A stretch of 64,000 bases of DNA from Desulfomonilia bacterium (GCA_050014195.1 JBEKDT010000009.1:120519-184518), one strand, 5' to 3'; shown: positions 27,053-38,056, counted from the first letter of the stretch. Notes: generated by a model not told the origin, from the sequence alone. Program-made: numbers and translations.

Positions 27053-28281
27053 ACAGCACCCCTCGGCTTGTCGAGCTCGAAGGCCTCGTGCAGTACGCGT
27101 ACCCCAAGCTCGATAAATTTCTCGTCAATAACGCACGAGATTTTGATCTCGGAAGTGGAGATCATCTGAATGTTGATCCCCACATCGGACAGGGCCTGGA
27201 ACATCTTTGATGCGACCCCGGCATGGGACCTCATGCCCACACCTACGATGGATAGTTTGGCGATGGAAGGATCACCCACTACATCACGGGCCCCGATGTC
27301 GCTGACCAATTGTTTGACGATCGCAATAGCCTTGTCATAGTCTGTTTTGGTGACGGTAAAGCTCATATCTGCCAGCTTTCCGTCTGCAGAGACATTCTGG
27401 ATGATCATGTCCACGTTAATGTTCTTTCCCGCCAGGGGGGAGAAGATCTTTGCTGCAACGCCGGGTTTATCCTGCACGCCGAGTATGGTGATCTTGGCCT
27501 CGTTCTTATCATAGGTAATGCCTGATACGACCTCTTTTTCCATCTCGTCATCCTCCAGGGTGGTAAGCGTTCCTCCTTCATCCGTGAAGGAGCTTTTCAC
27601 CAGTATGGGAACATTATATTTCTTTGCAAACTCCACGGAACGTGTCTGAAGGACCTTGGCGCCCAACGACGCCATCTCGAGCATCTCGTCATAGGAGATC
27701 TTCTCAAGCCGTCTCGCCTTGTCACATATGTTGGGGTCGCAGGTGTAAACCCCGTCCACATCGGTGTAGATCTCGCAAAGCTCGGCTCCAAGCACTGCGG
27801 CAAGTGCCACAGCAGATGTATCAGACCCGCCCCTTCCAAGCGTGGTGATGTCCAGATTGTCCGTAACTCCCTGGAACCCTGCCACTACCGCCACCTCTTT
27901 TGCCTCGAAGGCCTTTTTCAGGGCCTGCACATCTATGTCGAGGATACGCGCCTTCATAAAGTCGTTGTCGGTCTTGATACCGAGCTGGAATCCGAGAAGC
28001 GATCGTGCAGGCACACCTAAATCCTTGAGTGCCATCGCAAGGAGGCCAATGCTCACCTGCTCGCCCGTGGAGACGATGACATCCATTTCCCGCGGATCAG
28101 GGGAGGGTGAGAGCTCCTTGGCGAGCCTGATGAGCTTGTCCGTCTCTCCAGACATGGCGGAAACCACCACTGCTATGTCGTTGCCTTCGCGATACCTCTT
28201 TGCAACCTTGTCTGCCACGAATTTTATCTTTTCCAGAGTGCCGACGGAGGTCCCGCCATACTTCTGAATAATTATTCCCAT
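27049..28281 (-). CDS. lysC: Aspartate kinase
   Basis: QKYGGTSV, VVVSAMSG, TTLGRGGSD, two ACT domains, STSEIKIS. Confidence 0.96.
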   Translation of the reverse strand: MGIIIQKYGGTSVGTLEKIKFVADKVAKRYREGNDIAVVVSAMSGETDKLIRLAKELSPSPDPREMDVIVSTGEQVSIGLLAMALKDLGVPARSLLGFQLGIKTDNDFMKARILDIDVQALKKAFEAKEVAVVAGFQGVTDNLDITTLGRGGSDTSAVALAAVLGAELCEIYTDVDGVYTCDPNICDKARRLEKISYDEMLEMASLGAKVLQTRSVEFAKKYNVPILVKSSFTDEGGTLTTLEDDEMEKEVVSGITYDKNEAKITILGVQDKPGVAAKIFSPLAGKNINVDMIIQNVSADGKLADMSFTVTKTDYDKAIAIVKQLVSDIGARDVVGDPSIAKLSIVGVGMRSHAGVASKMFQALSDVGINIQMISTSEIKISCVIDEKFIELGVRVLHEAFELDKPRGAV

Positions 28282-28366
28282 TCGGATTCACCTCTTACCA
28301 ATAGAGACAAATAATATATGATTGTTATTGAGATACGGGCAGTTGTATATGATGAAATAGGTCGGA

Positions 28367-28816
28367 TTATCCATCAAGGTCTTTAATCCAGGGGAGTTCT
28401 GTGGAGATGTCGATCCTCCTTTTTTGCTCACCTGCATGATCGATGGTGATTTCCACGGTTGTCCCCCTGAAAAAGCCGCATGCGCGCTGCGCCCATTCGA
28501 CAATAATGACATGATCCGTGTCCATGAAATCTTCAAGCCCAAGATTTCCTATTTCTTCAGAGTCTAGCCTATAGAGATCTACATGGATTATGTCAAGCCT
28601 CGCGTTGTACAGGTTTACCAGGGTGAAGCTGGGGCTGACCACGATTGCCGAAGTATCAGGCTCCATACCTTCGACAATACCCTTGGTGAAAAGGGTCTTG
28701 CCTGCACCTAACTCACCATTAAGCAGGATGATCTCACCGCCTGAAAGCAGAGATCCTATCTGAGCCCCGAGTTTAGTCGTCTCTTCCGGAGAATGGGAAC
28801 TGAATTCACGCCTCAT
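28367..28816 (-). CDS. tsaE: t6A biosynthesis ATPase TsaE
   Basis: GELGAGKT, SPSFTL, HVDLYRL, IVEW; ATGA overlap with acpS. Confidence 0.94.
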   Translation of the reverse strand: MRREFSSHSPEETTKLGAQIGSLLSGGEIILLNGELGAGKTLFTKGIVEGMEPDTSAIVVSPSFTLVNLYNARLDIIHVDLYRLDSEEIGNLGLEDFMDTDHVIIVEWAQRACGFFRGTTVEITIDHAGEQKRRIDISTELPWIKDLDG

Positions 28817-29190
28817 GCATTCTCCAAGATCACAACTGCAACAGCACAACCTTTATCATGAGATATGCTCACATGGTATTGTCCAGCGCCTTTGAGGCGC
28901 GAGAGCTCATGTGCCTTGCCGGTGAGACGAAGCCGGGGTGCTCCATGTGCAATGTCCACAGAGATATCTTGAAAAGAGATCCCCGAAGATCTCCTTGCAG
29001 AGAGCGCCTTGAAGGCTGCCTCTTTTACGGCAAACCTGCCGGCAATACATGATGCCGAGTCATGCCTTTTCATACAATAATCAATCTCTTCGGGAGAGAA
29101 GATCCTCTTTAAAAAGCGTATGCCATGCCTTTGAAGGAGGGTATTGATACGGGCTATATCAACGATGTCAATGCCGATTCCGATGATCAC
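28813..29190 (-). CDS. acpS: Holo-[acyl-carrier-protein] synthase
   Basis: GIGIDIV, AGRFAVKEAAFKA, SISHD. Confidence 0.95.
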   Translation of the reverse strand: MIIGIGIDIVDIARINTLLQRHGIRFLKRIFSPEEIDYCMKRHDSASCIAGRFAVKEAAFKALSARRSSGISFQDISVDIAHGAPRLRLTGKAHELSRLKGAGQYHVSISHDKGCAVAVVILENA

Positions 29191-30408
29191 TTAAGTCCCC
29201 ATTATTGACCGTATAACCGAACGAACCCTGTGGGCATGGAGGCAATCATGGACGCGCACCAGGTCCACTCCATTCAAGGCGGCCCAGGAGGTCAAAGCAT
29301 CCGTGCCTTCTTCACGCTGATCAATGCCGCAATCGAGTATCTTGCCGATGAATGTTTTTCTTGAGTGCCCTGTCAACAAGGGCATGTGAAGCGACTTAAA
29401 CTCGGCAATATGGCGCATGATGGAGAGGTTTCCCTGAAGGTCCTTGCCGAAACCCAACCCAGGGTCGACGATGATAGACTCAGGGGATATGCCTGCATTC
29501 AGGCAGGCCTCAATCCTCTCGTCTAAGAACATATAAATTTCGCTTATTATATCTTCATAATGGGTATTGTCCTGCATGGTCTTGGGCGTGCCCCGCATGT
29601 GCATGAGGATGACCCCGCAGCCGCTGTGGCGTGCGAGTGTCACCATATCCGGATCGTCCCTGAGGGCCGTTATATCATTGATAATGGATGCCCCGGCATG
29701 AAGTGCGGCTTTGGCAACAGTTGCCTTGGTTGTATCGATACTGATAGGGATCTCTAGAACAGAGGCCAGTTGTTTGATTATGGGTACTATCCTTGAGGCT
29801 TCCTCGTGCGCATCTACGTTCTGAGATCCGGGCCGTGACGATTCACCCCCCACATCGATGATCTCAGCGCCCTGCTTAACCATCACCAAAGCATGTTCTA
29901 AGGCTGGTCCAGGTTCTAGGAACTTCCCGCCGTCGGAAAAGGAATCAGGTGTCACGTTCAGGATCCCCATGATTACCGGCAATTCTTTCCACTCCAGGTT
30001 TTTGCCGCAGAGATTGAGCGTGAGGGGGCCATTTTCAGTCAACACCTGTTCGCGGATGCTTTCAGCCAGTGGCTCCAGGCCCGGCTGAAGTTTGAGCTTG
30101 TCCATAAGGAGCCTGAAATGCCGCAGGTCACCCATGATAACACAGTCCGAGGTCTCCACCTTTCCTGAGATCACATGCCTGTGGACCGCTACATCCCCGC
30201 CGATGGAGAGCATACTCTGCTTAAGTATGTTGGCTGCGTAGAGTCTAACTCCCCTGAGCAGGAGGTTTACGTGATGGAGTTTGGGAACCAGGTAGGGCAA
30301 CGAAGCCGGATCGACTCCACAGGCGAGCAGGTTGTCTTTGTCCGCGTTAGAGAGCAGCCTAGCTTGCAGCAGCCCCTTCCTGGACGATCTTGTCGATCTC
30401 TGCGCCAT
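29191..30408 (-). CDS. folP: Dihydropteroate synthase with N-terminal extension; start uncertain
   Basis: [38 protein letters not shown]; the nearest in-frame ATG (30408) lies inside the ftsH 3' end. Confidence 0.92.
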   Translation of the reverse strand: MAQRSTRSSRKGLLQARLLSNADKDNLLACGVDPASLPYLVPKLHHVNLLLRGVRLYAANILKQSMLSIGGDVAVHRHVISGKVETSDCVIMGDLRHFRLLMDKLKLQPGLEPLAESIREQVLTENGPLTLNLCGKNLEWKELPVIMGILNVTPDSFSDGGKFLEPGPALEHALVMVKQGAEIIDVGGESSRPGSQNVDAHEEASRIVPIIKQLASVLEIPISIDTTKATVAKAALHAGASIINDITALRDDPDMVTLARHSGCGVILMHMRGTPKTMQDNTHYEDIISEIYMFLDERIEACLNAGISPESIIVDPGLGFGKDLQGNLSIMRHIAEFKSLHMPLLTGHSRKTFIGKILDCGIDQREEGTDALTSWAALNGVDLVRVHDCLHAHRVRSVIRSIMGT

Positions 30409-32164
30409 CGATGACCTCTTTTTCCAGCAGGGTCTGTGCGATCTTGTGAAGGAAGTCCAGATTACCTTCAACAATCGAGCGGGTCTTGGTGTAGCAGTCC
30501 ATGATGATGGCCTTCACCTCTTCGTCGATCTTCTGGGCTGTCAGCTCGCTATAGTCGACCCTCTTGGAGATCTCCCTGCCAAGGAAAATCTCCTGCTCAA
30601 CTTTACCGAAGCTCAAAGGACCCAAGGTGCTCATGCCCCATTCGGTGACCATGTGCCTGGCCATATCGGTGGCCCGTTCGATATCGTTTCCAGCACCGGT
30701 AGTCAAGCAGCCTAAGACCAGCTCTTCAGCAACCCTCCCACCCATGAGAACGGAAATGGTTGCCAGCAGGAAGTCCTTGCTGTAGGTATGCCTGTCATCG
30801 ATCGGGAGCTGCTGGGTTATGCCCATGGCGCGTCCTCTGGGGATGATGCTTACCTTGTATACCGGGTCTGCATTCGGTAGTTTCTTTGCTACAAGGGCAT
30901 GGCCTGCTTCGTGGTATGCGGTGGTCTTCTTCTCCTCTTCGGAGATCACCATGCTCTTACGCTCCACGCCCATGAGGACCTTGTCCTTGGCCATCTCCAT
31001 GTCTTCCATCATCACCTTTGTCCGATTTTTGCGGGCAGCAAGGAGGGCAGACTCATTTACGAGATTAGATAGATCAGCCCCTGAAAAACCGGGTGTGGCC
31101 TTGGCAAGTATTGCCAGATTGACATCATCAGCCATAGGGATATTGCGAGTGTGTACCTTGAGGATACCCTCTCTGCCTTTGACGTCGGGGCTTGCAACAA
31201 CCACCTGGCGATCGAATCTTCCAGGGCGGAGCAGGGCAGGATCAAGAACGTCCGGACGATTGGTGGCCGCCATGAGGATAACTCCTTCATTGGATTCAAA
31301 CCCGTCCATCTCCACGAGGAGCTGGTTCAAGGTCTGCTCTCGTTCATCATGGCCGCCGCCGAGGCCGGCCCCTCTGTGCCTGCCGACGGCATCGATCTCA
31401 TCGATGAAGATGATGCATGGGGCATGCTGCTTGCCCTGAGCAAAAAGGTCACGCACACGCGACGCGCCTACACCCACGAACATCTCCACAAAGTCGGAGC
31501 CCGACATGCTGAAGAAAGGAACCCCCGCTTCACCCGCCACTGCCTTTGCCAGCAGGGTTTTGCCTGTACCCGGGGGGCCCAGGAGCAGTACGCCTTTGGG
31601 TATCCGCCCGCCAAGTGATGTGAACCGTTTGGGCTCCTTGAGGAATTCGATGATCTCCTCCAGCTCCTCCTTTGCCTCATCCACACCGGCCACATCGGCA
31701 AAGGTGACCTTCATTTTGTCCTGGGTCATGAGCCTGGCCTTGCTCCTACCGAAGCTCATGGCCTTGGTTCCGCCGGTTTGCATCTGCCTCATGAAGAGGA
31801 CCCATACACCAATGAGCAACAGCATGGGGATCCATGAGATTAAGGCGGAGAGGTACCAGGGGGATTCATCCTTTGGTTTTGCGGTAATAGAGATGTTCTT
31901 TGCTGTAAGCCTCTCAACGAGCTTTGGATCATCCGGCGTGTAGGTGTCAAAGATCTTTCCGTTTGCCAGCACGCCTTTGATCTCGCTGCCTTGAATGGTG
32001 ACTTCCTTTATCTCGCCTTTATCCAAAACCTTAAGAAAGTCGCTGTAGGCTAATGTCGAAGTCTGTTTAGCTGGTTGATTAAAGAGGTGGAAGAGCATCA
32101 CCCCGATGAGTGCGATGACCACCCATAGGGCTACTGTTTTAATCAGGCTGGTGTTTGAGTTCAT
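30359..32164 (-). CDS. ftsH: ATP-dependent zinc metalloprotease FtsH
   Basis: Two TM helices, [27 protein letters not shown]. Confidence 0.98.
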   Translation of the reverse strand: MNSNTSLIKTVALWVVIALIGVMLFHLFNQPAKQTSTLAYSDFLKVLDKGEIKEVTIQGSEIKGVLANGKIFDTYTPDDPKLVERLTAKNISITAKPKDESPWYLSALISWIPMLLLIGVWVLFMRQMQTGGTKAMSFGRSKARLMTQDKMKVTFADVAGVDEAKEELEEIIEFLKEPKRFTSLGGRIPKGVLLLGPPGTGKTLLAKAVAGEAGVPFFSMSGSDFVEMFVGVGASRVRDLFAQGKQHAPCIIFIDEIDAVGRHRGAGLGGGHDEREQTLNQLLVEMDGFESNEGVILMAATNRPDVLDPALLRPGRFDRQVVVASPDVKGREGILKVHTRNIPMADDVNLAILAKATPGFSGADLSNLVNESALLAARKNRTKVMMEDMEMAKDKVLMGVERKSMVISEEEKKTTAYHEAGHALVAKKLPNADPVYKVSIIPRGRAMGITQQLPIDDRHTYSKDFLLATISVLMGGRVAEELVLGCLTTGAGNDIERATDMARHMVTEWGMSTLGPLSFGKVEQEIFLGREISKRVDYSELTAQKIDEEVKAIIMDCYTKTRSIVEGNLDFLHKIAQTLLEKEVIDGAEIDKIVQEGAAAS

Positions 32165-32171
32165 GCAGAGC

Positions 32172-32825
32172 TCACTGTTTTGCGTTTAGCTTCGCTGCCG
32201 GCGAGGGGCCTAAGGAGGCTAGTAAAATATTTGCTATATCCCGATAATTATCAGAGACGGAGCCCAAGCTCTTTCTCGCCTCATCTTCTTTCCCCAGAGT
32301 GATAAGGGCGCCGGCCTTGAGAATCAGGGCCTGATCTTTCAGGTCTTTAGATGCATTCTCTATGCACGTATCCAGCAGCGGTAAGGCCTTGGCCTGCTCC
32401 TTCTGCTGTATATATGTGTCGGCCAAGATGAGGACAGCCTGCCAATAGAACGTATCCTTACTCCCCCATTTGTTGATGAACTCATCTGCATAAGACTGAG
32501 CCATCTTTTGATTTCCCTGATTAAATGACATGCGCGCAAGTCGCAATTTCGCGAGCTTGCCCGCCTTTGTATCGGAGTAGTCCTGGGCAACCTGGAGTGT
32601 CATCTGGGAGTTGTCGGCAGCCTTCAAGTATGCATTCATTCCATCAAGCTCCCTCGTTGTCTTCCAGTAGTAGAACCCGTATCCTCCAGCCAGGATTCCC
32701 ACGAGGACAACTGCACTAATGATGAATTGCTGCGGATGCTCCTTTATCCATACAAGTACGCTATTTGTCGTGGTTACGAATTCATCCGGCGTATTGAGCA
32801 GATCCTTACGTGTCATTCGTGCCAT
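32172..32825 (-). CDS. YfgM-like single-TM TPR protein
   Basis: [12 protein letters not shown]-terminus, one TM helix, TPR-like helices. Confidence 0.75.
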   Translation of the reverse strand: MARMTRKDLLNTPDEFVTTTNSVLVWIKEHPQQFIISAVVLVGILAGGYGFYYWKTTRELDGMNAYLKAADNSQMTLQVAQDYSDTKAGKLAKLRLARMSFNQGNQKMAQSYADEFINKWGSKDTFYWQAVLILADTYIQQKEQAKALPLLDTCIENASKDLKDQALILKAGALITLGKEDEARKSLGSVSDNYRDIANILLASLGPSPAAKLNAKQ

Positions 32826-32908
32826 GTATATTCAACCTCCTAGTAGTTAGGAATCATATAGTAACTCTCAGAGGTGTATGTCAATTACGTATTATTCCCA
32901 TATGAATA

Positions 32909-32941
32909 GAAAATGTCCCTGCACAATGTATGCAGGGACAT
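32909..32941 (-). terminator. Rho-independent terminator after pilQ
   Basis: ATGTCCCTGCA-N7-TGCAGGGACAT stem followed by T residues on the minus strand. Confidence 0.85.
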
Positions 32942-32983
32942 AAGCTTGCGGTCTAATCTTTAAGGATATTGTCTTTCAGGCGA

Positions 32984-34831
32984 TCACTGCAAGGTAACAG
33001 GCTCGATGATCTGAGGTGTTATGAAGATCAGGAGTTCTGTCTTGCTCTTTGTTATCTCTGTGCTACTGAAGAGATACCTTATTACAGGCAGATCACCCAG
33101 CCCTGGGACCTTTTGAATGTTATCCGTTTCCGATTCCTCAATAATACCGCCGATGACGGTCGTTTCACCGTTCTTCACCAGCACTTCAGTCGTTGCCTCG
33201 CGGTTATCTATAGAGGGGTCTCCCAGGCTGTTCTTGACGGATCCGAGTGCATCGCGCTTTACACTGATCTCCATGTTCACGCTCCCGTCAAAGGCGATCC
33301 TCGGAGTTACATCGAGCTGGAGGTCGATGTCCTTCAGATCAGTAGAGAGCTGGCCTTCCTGGTTACGGACGATGTACGGATATTTTTGACCCTGTTTGAT
33401 AGTCGCCTTCTTGTTGTCCGTGGTGACAACCTTTGGCCTGGAGAGCACATTGATGCTACCGGTGGTCTCTCCGATGTCAAGACTCAGGTCAAGCTCAGCG
33501 GCTGTACTGCCGAGCCTGCCCAAGGTAATGCCGAACCCCGCAGCCTGGTTGGTTGGGAAATTCACTGCCAAAGATGGGGATGGTATAGACGTCGTGCTCC
33601 ATTGCGCTGGACCCCCTGCGGTTACGGTTGTACTGAAAGGACTTGCTGCAGTTGTCGCAGCCGCAGTATTCACCCCTGAGAGGCCATAGAGATGTGAGTT
33701 GGACTGATTCCTGAAAGAACCTCCCCACTGGATACCAAGACCCTTGGAGAAATTGTTGTCTGCCTGCACTATCCTGGCTGAGATGAGGACCTGCGGGGTG
33801 GGTTTGTCCAGCCTCTTCACCATGGCGCTGATATCATCCACGCTTTTAGGGATGTCTTTGACAATGAGCACATTGGTCCTGTTATCCGCAGTGATGTTGC
33901 CGCGATCCGAAAGCAGCCCAACTTCCTTTCCTTTGAGAGTAGAAGTGATCTCTGATGCCTTAGCGAAGTTGACGGGGATAACCGAGGTGACCAGGGGCTC
34001 CAACTGCTCCAGGGTCTTTTTTGAGGCGAGTTGGCGCTCCTGGGCTTGCTTGATCTTATCCGCCGGTGCAATGCGCACTACATTGCCCATGGCCATTTTA
34101 TCAAGGTCCTTACTTTCTAATACCACATCCAGGGCCTGGTCCCACGGGATGTCCTTAAGCCTGATGGTGATGGTTCCCTTGACTTCGTCCGAGGTCACAA
34201 TATTGAGCCCGCTCACGTCAGCGATGATCCTTAAGATATTGTGAATGTCGGCGTTCTGGAAATCCAGGGTGATCTTTTCTCCTTTGTATTTGGGGGAGGT
34301 ATCCGTGTTGATGATGTTGCTCTGGAAGGCGGGTTCCGGGGAAAGACCTTTCACATAGGGCTGTTTGGAGGGTTCAGAGTATCCTGAAGTTTGAACAGCC
34401 GCCGTAACCGTATCGAGAGCGACGGCCTTTACCGGTTGGACCTTGTTTTTGACCTCATCGGGGATATCGAAGTCCATAATGAGAAGCTTGTTGTCTTGGG
34501 ACACAAAGTAGGGGGTCATCTGCTTCATGGCAATATCAAAGACCACATCCCCTTTGTCCTGCCGTGGAAGGATTTCCTGAATGGCAGTTGCAAACTCGGA
34601 AGTAATATATGGCCGTGCAAGGTGGTTCGGAATTTTAGCCTTGTTGATCCTTAGTACCACGCTGTTGCCTTCCCGGTTCACGTCATAAGTTGCCTGTCCA
34701 TCAAGGCCGATCTGGAGGCGTGACTTATTTTCCACATTCATGAAATCCACACTCATGATGGTCAATCCGGATGCGGAAAACGGCCATGCAAGCAAGCCAA
34801 TTATGCATACTAGGATGGTATGTTTCTTCAT
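32984..34831 (-). CDS. pilQ: Type IV pilus secretin PilQ
   Basis: Signal peptide, AMIN-like region, ITLDFQNADI, PWDQALD, KVPGLGDLP, ELLIFITP. Confidence 0.95.
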   Translation of the reverse strand: MKKHTILVCIIGLLAWPFSASGLTIMSVDFMNVENKSRLQIGLDGQATYDVNREGNSVVLRINKAKIPNHLARPYITSEFATAIQEILPRQDKGDVVFDIAMKQMTPYFVSQDNKLLIMDFDIPDEVKNKVQPVKAVALDTVTAAVQTSGYSEPSKQPYVKGLSPEPAFQSNIINTDTSPKYKGEKITLDFQNADIHNILRIIADVSGLNIVTSDEVKGTITIRLKDIPWDQALDVVLESKDLDKMAMGNVVRIAPADKIKQAQERQLASKKTLEQLEPLVTSVIPVNFAKASEITSTLKGKEVGLLSDRGNITADNRTNVLIVKDIPKSVDDISAMVKRLDKPTPQVLISARIVQADNNFSKGLGIQWGGSFRNQSNSHLYGLSGVNTAAATTAASPFSTTVTAGGPAQWSTTSIPSPSLAVNFPTNQAAGFGITLGRLGSTAAELDLSLDIGETTGSINVLSRPKVVTTDNKKATIKQGQKYPYIVRNQEGQLSTDLKDIDLQLDVTPRIAFDGSVNMEISVKRDALGSVKNSLGDPSIDNREATTEVLVKNGETTVIGGIIEESETDNIQKVPGLGDLPVIRYLFSSTEITKSKTELLIFITPQIIEPVTLQ

Positions 34832-34832
34832 G

Positions 34833-35357
34833 CTACTTTACCCCCTCTTCCTTCTTGAGAGCCAATACAACTTCTCGGGTGGTCACACGACCCATGTAGT
34901 CTTTGAAGTGTTGTTTGATGGTAATCCCGTCTTTCGCGATTTTTGTGACTATACCACTATTCTCGCCGATAAGAGTACCTTCGGTGATGATATACCCCAT
35001 GCCTGACGAATCTTGAATAAGGGCCCGGTTTTGTTTGGTGAGGATGACACCGACGAGGTAAAGTTGCGAAATGGAAAGCCTCTGGAGTGTATCCGGGCCC
35101 ATGCTGCCGCCTGGCCCCGCTTCACCCGGGTTGATGCCCTGGAAGGGTTGGAAGGGATCTCGCACACCTGTTACTTGATATTCCGGCTTCTTCTCTTCTT
35201 CCTGGACAAGCACCGGCTTAACCATTTCCGCCTTTTTCTTGATCGTCGCATGCGGTGTCTGGCTCGTTGCCACGGTGGGGGACTGCTGGCCGCCGGTACA
35301 GGCAAACAATAAACCTGATAAACCTACGATGAGGAGAGAATAGGTGATCTTTTTCAT
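34833..35357 (-). CDS. pilP: Type IV pilus lipoprotein PilP
   Basis: Lipobox LFAC, RDPFQP, GTLIGENSG; position in the operon. Confidence 0.9.
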   Translation of the reverse strand: MKKITYSLLIVGLSGLLFACTGGQQSPTVATSQTPHATIKKKAEMVKPVLVQEEEKKPEYQVTGVRDPFQPFQGINPGEAGPGGSMGPDTLQRLSISQLYLVGVILTKQNRALIQDSSGMGYIITEGTLIGENSGIVTKIAKDGITIKQHFKDYMGRVTTREVVLALKKEEGVK

Positions 35358-35974
35358 TTCTTCCCTCCCTCTGTTGAGCCGGATTCTGAGGGTGTTGTCT
35401 TCGCCCCTTCTATAAATTTATAGGTGACTGCACTGCAAGATGTGGAAACCATTGTACCGTCGCCTGTGGAGTTCTTCTTGGGTGAGCCCATGGTGATGTC
35501 CAGGATGTTGACGATCCGGGGCATCTTGGAGACATTGTCGAAGAATGTGACGATGTCCCGATACTTCCCCTCCACCTGGATATCTACAGGGATCTCTGCA
35601 TAAAAGTTCTTGGCGACCTCGGGCATGGGCTTGAAGAGCTTAAATTGAAGCCCTGCAGCAGTGCCCAGGGAGGAGACGTTTTCAAGGAGTGTCGGGATCT
35701 CACTCTTGTCGGGGAGTTGTTTCAAGGCTATGTATAGCTTAGCCCTGGTTTGCTCAAGTTCTGCAAGGTACCTGGCTTTTTCCTTTACGATTACCTTTTT
35801 GGCGGCAAGCTGGGACTTGAGTTGGTTCAACTCCGGCTCAATGGTCCTGATATCGGTGAGTACAGGCTTGTAGAATACCTGCCAGTAGATGCCGATGATG
35901 GCGCCAAGGATAACCACGAGGATAAGCACCTTAATGAGCGGCTTCTGCCGTAATAGTATATCAATTGCGTTCAT
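35354..35974 (-). CDS. pilO: Type IV pilus protein PilO
   Basis: QLPDKSEIPTLL, FYAEIPV, PRIVN; GGAG RBS before ATG 35974. Confidence 0.93.
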   Translation of the reverse strand: MNAIDILLRQKPLIKVLILVVILGAIIGIYWQVFYKPVLTDIRTIEPELNQLKSQLAAKKVIVKEKARYLAELEQTRAKLYIALKQLPDKSEIPTLLENVSSLGTAAGLQFKLFKPMPEVAKNFYAEIPVDIQVEGKYRDIVTFFDNVSKMPRIVNILDITMGSPKKNSTGDGTMVSTSCSAVTYKFIEGAKTTPSESGSTEGGKK

Positions 35975-35982
35975 ACTCCACC

Positions 35983-36516
35983 TCAGGCCGACAACTTGAT
36001 CTTGCACGTGATGGAAAATTTCTGCCTGCCCCCCTCTTGCTGGGAGAGCACTAAGGTTACGTTATCGAAATGCTTCGAGCTCTGTAGCTGTTTCATGAAC
36101 GTGGCAATGGTAGTATTGTCCAGGGCCTGGCCTTCGAGCACCATACTGTCACCTTTGTTGCTCAGAGAGGTAATCCATGCCTTATCAGGGATGATCATGC
36201 TCAGTTCGTCCAAGATCTCCACAGGGCCGGTCTTCTTGGCGTTGAGGTCCTGGATCACATCAAGTTTTTTCTCCAATTCCTGTTTCTGTTGTTTGAAGTT
36301 CTCGATCTCGCCGGCCTCGGCAGTGAGCTTCTTGATCTCCAATTTTGTAGCTGCAACCTCTCTTACCAGGGACTCCCTTTGTGCGGTTATTGTGGCCTGG
36401 ACGAACCATTCAAAGATGAGCAGGAGAAAGATGCAGAGCGCGAGAAGCACCACATGCTCCACCAAGGCCTTCTTCCTTAGTTCAAGCCGGATGGGTAATA
36501 GATTTATCTTTACCAT
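35983..36516 (-). CDS. pilN: Type IV pilus protein PilN
   Basis: INLLP motif, TM helix, coiled coil, IPDKAWITSL. Confidence 0.93.
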   Translation of the reverse strand: MVKINLLPIRLELRKKALVEHVVLLALCIFLLLIFEWFVQATITAQRESLVREVAATKLEIKKLTAEAGEIENFKQQKQELEKKLDVIQDLNAKKTGPVEILDELSMIIPDKAWITSLSNKGDSMVLEGQALDNTTIATFMKQLQSSKHFDNVTLVLSQQEGGRQKFSITCKIKLSA

Positions 36517-37565
36517 TTATAGTCGGCCCTCCTTAATGCAAGGCCCACGGCCACAGCCATCTGTGGTGCAATATAGGCCATATATTCCGGGTCAAACACT
36601 CTATCGTCCCATTTGATATTATTGAACGGGTTGACCAGTTCTACGGGGATCTCCATCTGTTTCTCAAGAAGCTTGATGATCCCGGGTATCCTGCTGGATC
36701 CGCCGCTCATGTATATCTTTTCTATATTCTCGTTAACCATGGTAGACAGGAAAAAGTCCAGTGTCCGCCTGATCTCCTGCACATAGGTTTCCGCCGCCAT
36801 TTTGAAGATGTAGTTGATCTTCTCCAGGTCTATGCCTTCGATATTTGCGCCGGTCTTAATGTTCTCGGCCCGTTCGTAGCTCACGCTGAATTCGCGTTGG
36901 ATCCTTTCTGTGAGCTGCCTGCCACCCATTGAGATATCGCGGGCAAAGATTGACATACCGTCTTTGAGTACATTGATGTTGATCATCGATGCCCCGGCGT
37001 CCACGAGTGCCACGATGCTTTCGGCTGCATCCGGATAGTTTATTTCATACATCGTTTCAAGCGAGAATACATCGATATCCATGAGCATGGGCTTTAGACC
37101 TGCATTTCTGACTGCTGAAGTGTAATCGTCAACGAGCTCTTTCTTCGCTGCAACAAAGAGCACATCCATCATATCTGTGCGCTCCAGGCTCTCACCGAGG
37201 ATGAAAGAATCCAGATACACATCATTGATGTCAAAGGGTATGTACTGTTCAGCCTCGAGAAGTAACGTCTGTCTGAGCTCGCCTTCACTCATGAGAGGGA
37301 GCTCGGCCTTCTTCACGATCACGGAATGGCCGGATATCGCAGTAGCGGAACCGCGGACTCGAACCTTCAAGTTCTCCCTAAGATTCTTGATTGTATCCAC
37401 TACCGTCTCAGAGTCCATGATATCCTTGTCCACGATGCATTCGGCGGGGATCAGGCCAAGACCTAATGACTTCAGTTGGTAGCCGCTCCGTGTCTTGGCT
37501 ATATCCACCATTTTAATTGATTGTGAACCGATATCCAAGCCAAGCAGATTTTTCTCAAAAAACAT
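36510..37565 (-). CDS. pilM: Type IV pilus protein PilM
   Basis: GLDIGSQSIK, EAEQYIPF, SGGSS, AVGLALR. Confidence 0.95.
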   Translation of the reverse strand: MFFEKNLLGLDIGSQSIKMVDIAKTRSGYQLKSLGLGLIPAECIVDKDIMDSETVVDTIKNLRENLKVRVRGSATAISGHSVIVKKAELPLMSEGELRQTLLLEAEQYIPFDINDVYLDSFILGESLERTDMMDVLFVAAKKELVDDYTSAVRNAGLKPMLMDIDVFSLETMYEINYPDAAESIVALVDAGASMININVLKDGMSIFARDISMGGRQLTERIQREFSVSYERAENIKTGANIEGIDLEKINYIFKMAAETYVQEIRRTLDFFLSTMVNENIEKIYMSGGSSRIPGIIKLLEKQMEIPVELVNPFNNIKWDDRVFDPEYMAYIAPQMAVAVGLALRRADYKW

Positions 37566-37580
37566 TGTACCACCCCGCGA

Positions 37581-37868
37581 TCAAGACTTTTTCTTTTTGA
37601 ATACCACGATGGTATCTCCGGGTCTTACCAGGTTCAGCTCTTTCACAATTACATTCTCTATGTATGCCATATTGTCTTTCAGCATGGTTGCTTCCTGTGT
37701 GAGTGCAGCATTTTCCAGCTCGAGTTGGGCATTGCGGCTTTTCAGAGTGATAAGCTCGCGATGGAGTTGATAGCCTCGGATGATCCCTTTTTCCCCAGGT
37801 AGAGTGAACACGAGCAGTAGCGCGATAACCAAAATCAGGCCATACGTTAAGGAGCGCGTAACTGTCAT
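37581..37868 (-). CDS. ftsB: Septum formation initiator family protein (FtsB/DivIC)
   Basis: TM helix, GEKG, leucine zipper, YIENVIVKELNLVRPGD. Confidence 0.8.
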   Translation of the reverse strand: MTVTRSLTYGLILVIALLLVFTLPGEKGIIRGYQLHRELITLKSRNAQLELENAALTQEATMLKDNMAYIENVIVKELNLVRPGDTIVVFKKKKS

Positions 37869-37936
37869 TGTCAGTATTATATCCTATTAGTAATGGAATC
37901 GCATTAAAAATCAATTCTTCCCTATGCATAGCCTAT

Positions 37937-37964
37937 CTATCGGGTCAACGAAAGTGAATCTTTA
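37937..37964 (-). promoter_or_regulatory. Sigma28-type promoter upstream of ftsB-pilMNOPQ
   Basis: Minus strand TAAAG-N15-CCCGATAG. Confidence 0.6.
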
Positions 37965-38056
37965 GGGAAATATCAAATTGGTAACAGCACTTGAGAAAGA
38001 CATGAAAAAGGGCTTAACCGGTTACCATGTCGTAATGAGGATTCCCATCCTGCAGA

